This document shows, in pieces, positions 1-11,400 of a stretch of DNA of 64,000 nucleotides. The position numbers were made by a program, and so were the translations under genes. The notes beneath the pieces are model-generated. The model did no database searches, was not told where the DNA came from, and worked only from the letters and a program-made list of their open reading frames with translations. Each line of letters begins with the position of its first letter. The stretch's first letter is position 1. Source of the stretch: Macrostomum lignano (Eukaryota); NCBI GenBank assembly GCA_002269645.1, contig NIVC01003327.1:6033-70032 (forward strand), given 5' to 3'.

Positions 1-1486
1 AATTAATTAATGCTTGAACTGTATAGTATAAACACCTTTATATGCATTATTATGTCGAGGGGGAGTCGTAGCCTACTAGTGGTCTAGCGCGGCACTAGTT
101 CTTATGATTCCAAGTGCAGTCACATTAATTTGGGGCTAAATTGGAACCTCGGCTTGGCTCTGCTCGTGCAATTGACGCCCTTTGAGGGCCAACCCCTTAG
201 GTACACTGAAGTATACATGCCTAATGATAAAAAAGGTTAGGGCCGCTGTACACTCGTGTGTGAGTGCAGGTGCCTGTGCGTATGCATGACACGCGCTTGT
301 GTGCCTTCTCACGGAAGCCGGGAGATCGACGTCGATGGACGTCGGGAACGTCGGCCAGACGTCGCCAACGTCGGATCGCTGTAATAGCTGACTGCTTTGC
401 CCAAGTACAGCTGTCAGTCAACAAGTCAAGTGTCACGATCGTAATGTCAATGTTGAACAAGGGTCTACGAGCTACGACGTTTGCCAGAGGGACGTTTGCA
501 AGCGGCAACTTGTTAAAGAATTGTGCCCTCTCTAGGCGTGCATGTACTTGCATTTGAAAACTACAACTGCAACTGCATACTGCAAACGTCGGCCGGCAAA
601 CATCGGCTGGCAAACGTCGCTATCCCGTTGAACCAAAAACAGGATATATAATGTTCAACGTTCGTTAAAATGTTGTTTGTTCAACATTGATATAGTCATC
701 TTGACACCTTAAATAACTCTATTAAGGGCTGTTCATGGTACATAGCCTAATGATGTCTACAATAATTCAGATTCTTCTTTTGCAAAAAGCATTTGACTGT
801 TGTTTTATCACTTAGCTAACTATACCGCTAGTATATAGTTCAGCACGTATGCGAACTATTCTGCTCCTTACATACATAATTTGGGTAGCCTAAAGCCAAT
901 TTTAAAATGACTACAGCTAGACTCATGATTATTACTGCGCCCATGGAACGGGCATTTGAAATGTCTCGAAACTTCTTCCTGTTATTGGAAAGGAGAGCTC
1001 AAACAGGGAGGGGTGGAATCGCGCGCTTCTTTAGAGAAGGTTGTATAGCTACTCTGATCGAACCCACTGCATTGTTTGCCTGGAAGCGCATGGAGTGGGT
1101 TGTTCGTCTCCACGCCCCTCCTCCACCTTCCCAACTCCTTATACTGTGCATTGATACTCGCGATTCTGCTGGTACCACACCTCCGCGCCATGGTGCAGTG
1201 GGCAGTCACGGGGAATTTCCCAAAAAGGTCCAAAGCTATAGACTGCAGTTCCTGAATGCATGGACGAAGTAACTTTGGTAGTGTCGAAGTCCATGCATGC
1301 AGGGAGGACGTGGAGCGGCATGGCTGAGTCTCTCTGGTCGATAGCAGCTGGTTTTTTGACTTAGGAATAATCGAAACCATTTTAAGAACCTGCAGGCTCG
1401 CCCGCAAAGCTCCCGGCTAATTCACTTCAGTTTAACTCTCCTGGTTTCTAGTGGAATATCTTAACACTAACTAAATCTTAGCAGTG

Positions 1487-2058
1487 ATGAAGCTCATCTT
1501 TCTACTAGCTATCGTGGCCGTTGCAGCCATCTGCCGTAAGTAAAATTCTATGATGATCCATGTAGTTTGCGCGTTCTACGACGCATCTCACCAAGCATTT
1601 AGTTAAGTCAAAACTTTTCTAATCTAATCTGTCTTTTAGTCGGCGAATCGGCTCCAACTAGAAACAACATGCTTGCAATGGCGACAAGCAAGAAAGCCGG
1701 CAAGAAGGGGGATGCAAAAACTAAAAAGATTGCCAAGGAGGTCGCCACGAAGGTCGCCACGAAGGTCGCCACGAAGGTCGCCAAGAAGGTCGCCAAGAAG
1801 GAATCCAAGAAGGTCGCCAAGAAGGTCGCCAAGAAGGTCGCCAAGAAGGAATCCAAGAAAGCCGCCAAGAAGGGCGGAAAGAAAGGCGCCAAGAAAGGAA
1901 AGAAGGCCAAGAAAGGAAAGAAGGCCAAGAAAGGAAAGAAGGCCAAGAAGGGAAAGAAGGCCAAGAAAGGAAAAAAGGGCAAGAAGGGAAAAAAGGGCAA
2001 GAAGGGCGGCAAGAAAGGCGGTAAAACTGCTCCTGGATGGGATTTTGATTGTGAGTAA
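1487..2058 (+). CDS. Secreted, highly basic Lys-rich repeat protein (2 exons, ~155 aa)
   Basis: Exon 1 1487-1535 encodes the signal-like MKLIFLLAIVAVAAIC and ends at a GTAAGT donor. The TTTTAG acceptor ends at 1639. Exon 2 1640-2058 joins in frame (LGESAPTRNN) to ORF 1669..2058, which has KVATKV/KVAKK and KKGKKA repeats and ends APGWDFDCE*. Confidence 0.85.
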
Positions 2059-2775
2059 TCTCTGCTGAAACATGTCCAATGAGTATATTAGCAACCACTA
2101 TAGTACATCAGCAAAAACCTTCAAATTTTAGATTAAGCCCGACAACATTCAAGCGACATCAACTCAATCTTGCCTATCAACCGTGGCCTAGAAGAAAAGC
2201 ATGCAGTTTACATTATGCCGAAAATTCTGAAAGGAACCATTGGGAACCTTTTTTAAAAGTATCAAGTACGACACTCATATTGGACGCTTTTATTTAAATT
2301 AATAGGTGAAAATTTCTTTCTATGTGGTGTTCAGTTCCTCGTTTGATAGGTAGGGATTCAATATTTGTTGAAATGATGATTTTGACGTAAAATTGTATTA
2401 ATTGAAGTCAATAAATTTAACAAAAATAAATGGAATTGGTTTTAAGAAGTTATAAAATTAAGATTGGGACCTTGGAAGCTTTAAAATCTCTCGATTGTTT
2501 GTAAACAATTTTTCGTTAAAATTTGTTTAAATATTTTTAAATCCGAAATTTTGCTTATAAGTACAGCACTTTAAAGCTCTATATGATCCTATAAGCAGGC
2601 TGTCTTATTTATTTAACATTTTCACTTTACATTCTTTCCTTACTACTCAGTAGTACGCAAGGAAAGAATCAAAATAAAAACTCGATTTTCCTCATGAAAA
2701 TTGTACCAGCGTAAGCTATGTGCACTTCTGGATTCTATATTTTTTCTATGAAATTTCTCTATCAACTTCTCCTAT

Positions 2776-2919
2776 GTGAAGCACCCATTTTACAGCTTGG
2801 GTGAGCTGAAGAAATGCAGAGGTAGGTGTCTTCCTCAAGGACACAAATTGTTCCAAGCGGGTCGAGAATCGAACCCCCGACCTTTTAGTCGTGAGTTCGA
2901 CGCTCAACTACTAGACTAT
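2776..2919 (-). mobile_element. tRNA-derived SINE (degenerate)
   Basis: Minus strand has an A-box-like TAGTCTAGTAGTTG and B-box GGTTCGATTC, then a body TGTGTCCTTGAGGAAGACAC...CACCCAAGCTGTAAAATGGGTGC resembling the conserved central domains of metazoan tRNA-SINEs (recalled, not searched). Confidence 0.55.
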
Positions 2920-3694
2920 ATTGTCAAATGGTCTAGACAACAAGTGAGACAAAACACTAAAGATTGCTATCATAGCCAGAGCACATTAATGGCTAATTAT
3001 CTGACAAAAATTACACATTGCTTATCTAATTAATTAGCATTCAAAAGGTTCGTTCTAAACCATTAATGCGTCGTCCATGGCTCAAACTGATGGGTTTGCG
3101 ACTTCATAACTTCATAAGGACACTGGAAAAGTTTCTTCTACAAGCTAAATTCGAACATTCATTCGGTCTTAATCGCTTTAAAATAATGTCGTCGACAGTC
3201 ATACTTGGGAATTCGCGACATTAATATTTAAAAGCTCTATTAGCGGTATGAAACGTTTCACCTGCCAAAGACATAAATGCATGACGTAATACAGTTGAAT
3301 TCGTTGATACATAGATAAAATAGGTACATAAAATACATTGATAGAGACATAAATAGAACAGGGACAATGAAATGTTTCTCTACAACACAAATGGGTACAT
3401 AGATTACCGGTAACCTAAACAACGTGACTTTTGCATGCCGTATCCCTCTTTGTTTTTGCATGTATACCCTACCTGTATTTTGAAGTCAGCGTTTTTACCC
3501 AGTACTGCAATTATGTGGCATTTTATACATTTGAGTATGAGAAATGTACACAAAACTACATTCTATATTCGCCTATAGTATTAATTAAGCAGAGTTATGA
3601 TCCCACTTTGACTGCGCCATCCGTCTTAAGCCCAACAAGAACTCATCACTAACAGGAGCATTTCTAAGCTGCAGTATACCCCCTTCCGACGCGC

Positions 3695-3785
3695 CCGAGA
3701 AAACGACGCGCCCGCCTCCAGTCCGGGTTGCTGTATCACAAACACCCGGCTTCTTCTGGAGGGAGCAGTCCATCGCCAACTTTCT
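3695..3785 (-). pseudogene. Relic paralog fragment of the neighbouring lectin gene
   Basis: Minus strand encodes SRRSRVFVIQQPGLEAGA versus SRRGRVFLKQQPGLEAGA in the gene at 5016-5750. A 2-nt deletion lies just upstream and no CTLD follows. Confidence 0.7.
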
Positions 3786-5015
3786 TACCTAACAGCGCCA
3801 ATTGGTATGCACATGCTGGTTAATGTCATTTGAGGCGAATCAAGCACCCGCCTTAGTGGGCGGGGACCGGTGGCGCGGCGTCATCTATTTGTGCAAACAG
3901 ACATCAAACACAGTAAAAGACACCACTAAATACGATCATATTTGAGCCGCAGTTAAGCCTGCATCTACCATCGCATGGTACAGAGGAACGATTCGATATC
4001 AGCCGTAAAACTCTAGTCCAGTTCAGTGTCACAGATACCCATCATTTGTCAAGCGATTAAAAAGTGTCAATAAAAGAATTGAAAACAGCGATGGATCCAT
4101 TTTAAGTAACTTTTTGAGAAAAATTCCAGCTCCCTATGTTATACAACTGAAAGGTAAAAGTTTAAAGCCGGCAAACTTCAATAAAAGCTTAATGGCTAGC
4201 AGTAGATTCGGTCAGTCTTTGTATGACTCGTAAGATTTCTGAGCTAAAAGTAGCGCTAATGGGCAATTGCCCGTTTCAACTGCGATCAAACGGACCCAGA
4301 TTTTATTTGATCACGCGGCGTAGTACATTTTTAAACCTCTCCATCGCTTACCCGTACAATAATTTTGGTAATTTTACAATTTTACACTATGCCGATGAGT
4401 GACGATGCTCTGTATATTAAAATTGTATTAAAAACTAACGAAGGTAATTGGTTTTAAATTCAGGGGAACAAAAAAGAGTCTGAAGAAGAAGTACCCTTTT
4501 GTCAGCGACGCGTCCATCCATGTCGGGTACGACGATTAACGTCGGAATGTTGCACGGGTTTGTACATTGGTCGAGCGATTTTCTGGCTCCTTCATGGCGA
4601 TGTGAATGAGACTTGAGTTTTAAATGCCTTGTTTTTATATGCGTCGCATGCAGTCCACATAAGGTACTAAGTCGAAAAGCATAGAAATTGCTGTTTCACC
4701 ACTGCAATACGCTCGTACCAGTCGAGATTTTGCTGGAAAATTTTTAATTTTACTAACAAATAAATCTGGAGACCAAAATAATAATGAAGAACTCGATTTT
4801 AGATTTAGCTATCCATTCTATTTATTTTCCTGGATATTTTTTTACATTTACTAGCTGCTGCACTTGTTCACTTTTTCCAACAAAAAGTTGTTCTTTAATT
4901 TAGATGTGCACACAATATTTCAAAAACCATCAAGCTATCTATTGTCATGAAAACTTAGAAAAAGGCTTTGCTCAATATCTGCTTCACACGCATGCAGATG
5001 ATGCAGTTAGTTTAG

Positions 5016-5750
5016 TCAGTTAAATGGCGACACACACTCGCACAAGGCATTCAAGGCGTAATTTTCCGGAACATCGACCAGGTTTTTTTACGTTCGGTAC
5101 GCGAGCTACAAAACTTTCACTTCCGCCACCGTTATTGGGATCAGGTTTGCACCACAGGCTGCCGTCAATGGGGATGTTGCAGCCGACCCAGTGCCAGCCT
5201 CCGGCGGGTTCAGCGCTGCCGGCTGGCTGAAACCCTCCGAGGTAGAAAGGCGCTTCAGGACTGCGCACACCATGAATCTCGTCTACGTGGCTCATCTCGG
5301 TAGCGTCCACCACATCCGCCATGATCACCAGACCGCTCTCCGACTCGCACTTCTGTCTGCTCTCTGACCAGATTCTAGTGGTGTTGTACACCTTGTACTT
5401 CACTCCGCACAGGTCGTCTCCGTAGCCAGACGGACACAGCGCGCCCGCCTCGAGTCCCGGCTGCTGCTTCAAAAACACCCGGCCTCTCCTGGAGCAGCCG
5501 CAGTCCCTCACCGACTTGCTGCACTTGTCGAACACGAACAGCTGGCACGGACCGTCAGCCAGGCTGAACGCCTGACAGCGCCGGTTTCGGTTGCACAGAG
5601 CGGCGCACCCGATCTCAGAGTGCGAGCCACCTGGAGTCTCAATGAATTAAAGTCGCTCCTGATGCACAGGTAGCCGGTGATCAGGTTGTAGGCGTCTTGC
5701 ATCGCAGCTGGAGCTTGCAGAGACAGCAGAACCAAAAGGAGCGTCATCAT
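5016..5750 (-). CDS. Secreted PAN/Apple-like + C-type lectin domain protein, interrupted by two 1-nt frameshifts (pseudogene or assembly errors)
   Basis: Signal-like MMTLLLVLLSLQAPAAMQ starts at 5750. A shift near 5645 leads into GCAALCNRNRRCQAFSLADGPCQL (PAN-like). CTLD motifs are WSESRQKC, FYLGG..GGWHW and W..PDPNNGGGSE. A second shift in a 7-A run near 5085 restores NLVDVPENYALNALCEC...*. Confidence 0.75.
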
Positions 5751-8497
5751 TGTCGGCTGATTTTCCATGCAAGAATGGCATTCTTGCACTCTTTTGCGTG
5801 CAGGAATGGATGTCTATGGTAAAATCTCACTGAAAAAGCATTAGGCGCAGAATGCATTCCTGCACGGTTTTGTGCATTCCTGCACGATGAATCATCCGAC
5901 AATGGAATTCCTTCACGTTCACTCGTGCGTGAAGGACATCGTGCACTCGTGCGCTAGCGCGCACTCGTGCAGATGTCATTCCCGCACTCGTGACCGTGCA
6001 GGAATATGATCATTGTTACATGCAGGTATGGTTTATTTGAACTTATTATCATAAACGATGCTGAAGAGTATTGCTACAGTAAGCACAAGCTGATGATGCA
6101 TCAACAAGCTGCGTGCTTGTGCATGCATTTCATGCAATATGATAAACAGTCGCTCATAGGTTGAATTGGACCGTTTATAAAAAAAGCTTTTTTATTTGTT
6201 GCATCTGCTTTTGAAGATAAATGTTGATATCAGGCAATGGGAGTTTTTATGCAGGTCCTATATGGGCGTGCTATTTTGATTGGATGCTGAGAACTTAGCT
6301 AATTCATGCATGTAAAAGTATCCTTTTTTTGCATAAGTTATGCGTATACATGTGCAGTGCTCATACAAATGGTTCCGGAGCAAATATTGTCTTCACATCT
6401 GTATACTTTGTCAATAAAGCTTTCTTGCTGCTAAGTTCGGTACACACAGCGTATATAAGGAAACTCTTTCGATGAAAAAACTTTATTATTGATGCATGCA
6501 TGTGACACGTGCGATACGTGTGAATGCAGTTAAGTTACATGTATATACGTAATTTAACGCTTAATTTTAAACCTTGGAATCAATTAGTACACAATTCTAG
6601 CACCCATATTGCTTCAGTCAGTTGCATGATTTTACTTGTATATATTATATAGCACCAAGAGTTTTCAATCTCGCCAGCTGGTAGTATTTTTATTCATTGC
6701 ATTGATTCATGATAATAAAAGTTGCACCGAATGGATTTTCAAATTCTTTACAATTGCAGTACATTCGGAAAGATATATAAGAATGAAACTTAATTTACAA
6801 TGAAAAGAGAAATAAAAGCCATCATTGGATAAAAGTACGCATTCAGATCTTTTAATCTCGATGTACGAGACAATTTATGCATGAATAGGATCAATTAAAA
6901 GGATATTTCTCATTTCTTGATTCGTCGACCTGCCAAGAGTTAATGGCATTTAGTGGCATACTCCACTTTTGATAAGAGAATCGAACTGTTTTTTAAATTA
7001 TTAACTGTACATATAATTAACAATGTACAAGTAGTCATATGCTATGAACTATATAACGTTTGTCTTATTGATGTTGTTCTGGAGGTTCATATTTTGTTAT
7101 ACGAGCTCGTATTTTTGGGGTTTTTACTAATTTAATTGTACATGTATTTTTTCATTATTTAATGTACATGAGCCAACCCCCCTCTCTCTCTGCTAACCTC
7201 ACCCCCACGTTAAATATTAATTAAAAAGGTCGTGATTTTGGTAAGCGTGCTTTTTGCTAAGTGGTGGTTTGTTTTTGTTTGCCTGCGCGAGAACGCAGAG
7301 GTATTGAAGGCTACAAACATCCGATTTTTGCCTACTTAACTATTTTTCGGTTTTGAAGAGTTACTCGATTTAACAGATGTATTCCGCCAAGCCTGTTCGA
7401 CCTACCACTGTTTGAATGTTTCCTATGCTTATGATGGAACGTGCAGGTGCCCATTTTTATATCTAAAAGCTAATTGGAAGCCTATGGGGCACATTTCTAT
7501 GAATATTCGTTATATCACGCCGATTTTGGCGTTATCGAGATACTGTATCAAATTAAACATTTCAACAGTTTGCGCGAATTTAACTTGCTTTGATGTTGGC
7601 AATTTTAATTAATTTTTCAGTCGGGGCCATTGCGTGTTAAACTTTACTTCTGACTGAAGCAGTTTACCGAACGTGTTAAGTTTGCTTCTGTTTGCACTCC
7701 ATTTTCATATTGAACTTTTAACTGCTTCTTTAAACTTCGAACTTATAACTTCAAACAAAATGTAAGTTTGAAGTATGTGAACAAGTAATAATGTAAAAAG
7801 CAAGCTTTATCATGAGTACTCTAATTTGCTATGCGCATTTTGAAAATTCGAAACAGATTAAACGAATGTATAATTTGAGTTATTAGGTGAAATAGCAGAT
7901 ACTTTAATTTTAATTGGGTAATATTTGATAGTATAGTATATACTGTATAGATTTAGCATTCAGGGTTTAAGCCAATCACCATTGAGACTAAGATTTTTTA
8001 CTACTAGCTGTAAAGTTTTGGCTAGATCTTATAGTACACCTTTCTATATATATAACTATGTAAGGATGAATAAATTTAGGTATTTTTTACAAATCAATAT
8101 ACACATACAGTTAAATATATAGTTATTGAAAAAAATCATGATGTATCTAGCTAGGGGCCTAGTACTCGTATTAATGTATTTGAACAATCAGGAACTGGAT
8201 TTATTGTTTCTTTTCAACTAAAGCCAATAAGCATATGTTTATTTGAATTGCATGATACTAATAAAATGCCTATAGAAACTTCTTTTTATCTAAAACCCTT
8301 GGTTAGATTTCAATTTCTTAAAAATCTTTGTTTCCAGTCAAATTTTTGCTTTTTTACTAAAATTCAGCTCTAGACTACTAGTAAAATATATTAGTGTTAA
8401 AAATTTAAGTTAAATTAAATTTGGACTTAACATTTTAATTAGAAAATTTTGCTACTCTTCATTGATTTTAAAACTTCAACTTTTCAGAGTTGTTTAT

Positions 8498-11400
8498 ATG
8501 GCGCACAAAGATGCCTTAGACCTGAAGCTCACAAAGGAGTTACAAGACATTCTCAGCAATAAGCCATATAAGCTTTCAAAAGAGTTCAGTCAAGATGATC
8601 TGGCAATTGACAATAAATTCTTAGGTAATTCAACATTTACTTGATAACCTTGATTGTACTTTAGATTACAATTAATTTACATATATATATTATATATATA
8701 TTAAGACGCAGAGAGGAGGCCCCTTCCACGCACGCGTTCGCAGAACAGGCGGGAGGGGCAGGCAGCAGCAGCCTGAGGGGTCAGCTCAAGCGCCTGCAGG
8801 TCCGCAATGAGGCAGTTCATTAGGGTGGCAGTGCGAGCCTGGCCACGGCGCAATTGTTCGGTCGGCCGGTGCAGCATGGCCAGGGCCAGAGGGACGGGCG
8901 CGCCGCGACCCAGGGTCCGTAGGCAGTGGCCCAGCAGCATCTGGCGGCGCCGGCGCAGTATGGCACTCAGGGGCGGAGTTCCGGCGCGGGCCATCAGAGC
9001 GTTGGTCGGCAGGCGATCCGGATAGTGCACGCCCAGCGCGTAGCGCAGCAGCGATCGGTAAAGCGCGTCCAGGGCTCGCTCTCGCGTTTCGGTCAGCGGC
9101 ACAGCCTCCATGCCGTACAGAAGAATCGGCTCGACGGCCGTGCGAAACAGGCGCACCTTCAGGTCGTCTCTGGCAGCTGAATTAAAAACGTTCCTGAGGA
9201 GGTGAGCGGCGCGCCAGGCCTGATTCCTCCTGTCGGAGACAATCGCATCGGGGCTCATCACCAGGGCGCCGAGGTACCGGAAGTCCTCGCACACCGCGAT
9301 GCGATCTCCATTGGGCAGCGTTAGAGTTGGGGCGGTATTCGTGCCCATGTGCAGCGCCTCCGTCTTGCGAGCATTCACCAGCAGCCCAACACGGGCGCCC
9401 TCGTCGCACAGCCTTGTGAGAGCGCGCTGGGCCGCAGCTGGGTCGCGGCAGAGCAGCGCGATGTCGTCAGCATACGCGAGAGCGGGAAGCGAAACATCAG
9501 GGTGTCTGGAGCTTCGGCGTGGGACCAGCAAGTAGCTGTCATCCTCGCGGAGGGACCGACGAAGCACGTAGTCCACAACCACGAGGAAGAGCAGAGGAGC
9601 CAGCGTGTCACCCTGAAGAACGCCTAAGCTGGTGCCGAACTCTTCTGTGGGGCCGTCGCTCGACATGACAAAAGCCCTGGAGTCGCGGTAGAGGTCCATC
9701 ACCGCACTCACCAGCGCAGCAGGCACGCCATATTGCGATAGAAGCCACGCGATCGCAGGCCTGGACACCGAGTCAAACGCCTTGCGAAAGTCGACGAAGA
9801 TGATTGACACGGAGCGCTGGCGGGTCTTGCAGGCCTCGATGACAGAGCGGATGGTGGCAACCTGCTCGGTGGTGGACCTACCCGGGCGGAAGCCGCTTTG
9901 GAGGCTCAGCAGCAGCGGGTTGAGGCCGGGCAGCAGGCGGTTGCGCAGAATTGCGTTCAGCAGCTTCAGCGTTGTGCATTCCAGTGCGATGCCCCGCTGG
10001 TTGTCCAGGCTGGTGGAGGCGCCTTTCTTCGGGATGGAGACGATCTTGGAGGTGCGCCATTGCTGAGGAGCTGAGGCGGTCTCGTTGCCTCCAAGGCTGC
10101 AGTGTTTGTTCAGCAGGCTGGTGATGGTTGGGGTGAGTTCGGGCAGCTTCAGGACCCTGGGAGGGATGGCGTCCACCCCAGCGGCGGCATCAGCTCGCAT
10201 GGTCCTCAGTGCTCGGTCAACCTCGCCTGCAGTGATGGGGCCGGTGTTGAAGGCGCTCGGCTGGGCTGGAGTGAAGTCCGGGATTGGCAGAAGAGGCGCA
10301 GTTGGAGCGGGCGCGTTGAGCACCTCGCGGTAGTGGGCGGCCAGTAGAGCCTTGCGGTGCTCGGTGGAATCGGCGCCGACGATGGTGCTGGGCCTGGGTT
10401 TCCTGCCTGTCAGCTGGTTGATGGCCCTCCAGGCAGCGCTATGGCGGCAGTTGTCAGTGGCGAGTTGGATTTCGCTCACAACCTCTTCGATGAAGGCTTC
10501 AGTCCGTCGGGCGTAGATGCGCTGCAGCTCGTCCCTGGCAGCACTGGACTGGTCGCTGTCATGGCCGTGGAGTGCAGCAGTGCTCTGCACATGCCGCCTT
10601 GCCTGGGAGATGACGGGATCGCGGTCCCACAGTGTCTTTGGATGGTTTGCCTGTCTCCGTGGGAGAAGCGCTGCAGCATCCTCAACAGCGTGATGGAAAG
10701 ACTCGAAGGACTCGGCTGGAGCAGGAGTGGCGGCAAGCAGCTTGCGAAGGAAGGCCTGCCGCGTGTCCGGGTTTCTCAGGTCGGCCCAGAGCGGGTGAGG
10801 TGGCGCAGGCCGGAGCTTTTGCCAGTGCAGGTCGAAGTCGCATGCCACCAGGCGGTGATCAGATTGAACGCAGTCGGGGCGGATATTGAGGACTCTGCGC
10901 ACCCTGGACCTCAGACCAATTGGGCAGAGAATCCAGTCCAGCCGAGTGGTTCGCCCGTTGGGACCAGAGAAAGTTGGGAGCTTGCTGAAGCGCTGTCGCA
11001 AGGGGCCGTTGACAGTTATCAGATCTCTGGCCTGGATAAAACTAGATAGAAAAGGAGAGTTGGCATTGGGGGTGCCACAGCTGTTCTTTACCAAGCGGCC
11101 GTCAGCTGGCAGTGGCGAGTTGAAGTCACCAGCGACAATGACAGAATCACGAGCAGGGATGGAATCAAGCGTGCAGCCCAGGGTGTCGTAAAGGGCTTCT
11201 GTCTCAGATGGATCTTCGCTGGTCCGAGGGGCCGTTGGGGCATAGACGCAGATGACTTGCAGATGAATTGCAGACGCAATTTACATAGCTACCTTGTATT
11301 TCAAGCATACTACATTTGTTAAACAATTACTGCTAAAAATTTCAAGAAAATTATACTGTAATTTAACGAGTGTCACATTTTCACGGTCAGGTCTAGACCA

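Noticed and set aside
221-1407. ORFs 221..613, 264..557, 907..1272 and 982..1407
   Set aside because: No recognisable motifs or consistent splice structure. The ACGTCG-rich tract may be a MITE remnant, but no ends or TSD were found.
1608-2098. Alternative-frame ORFs over the Lys-rich gene, and a histone H1 call
   Set aside because: They are shadows of the repeat. There is no H1 globular domain, and a signal-peptide exon is present.
5770-6560. TGCAGGAATG/CATTCCTGCA inverted motifs suggesting a MITE
   Set aside because: Ends and TSD could not be defined.
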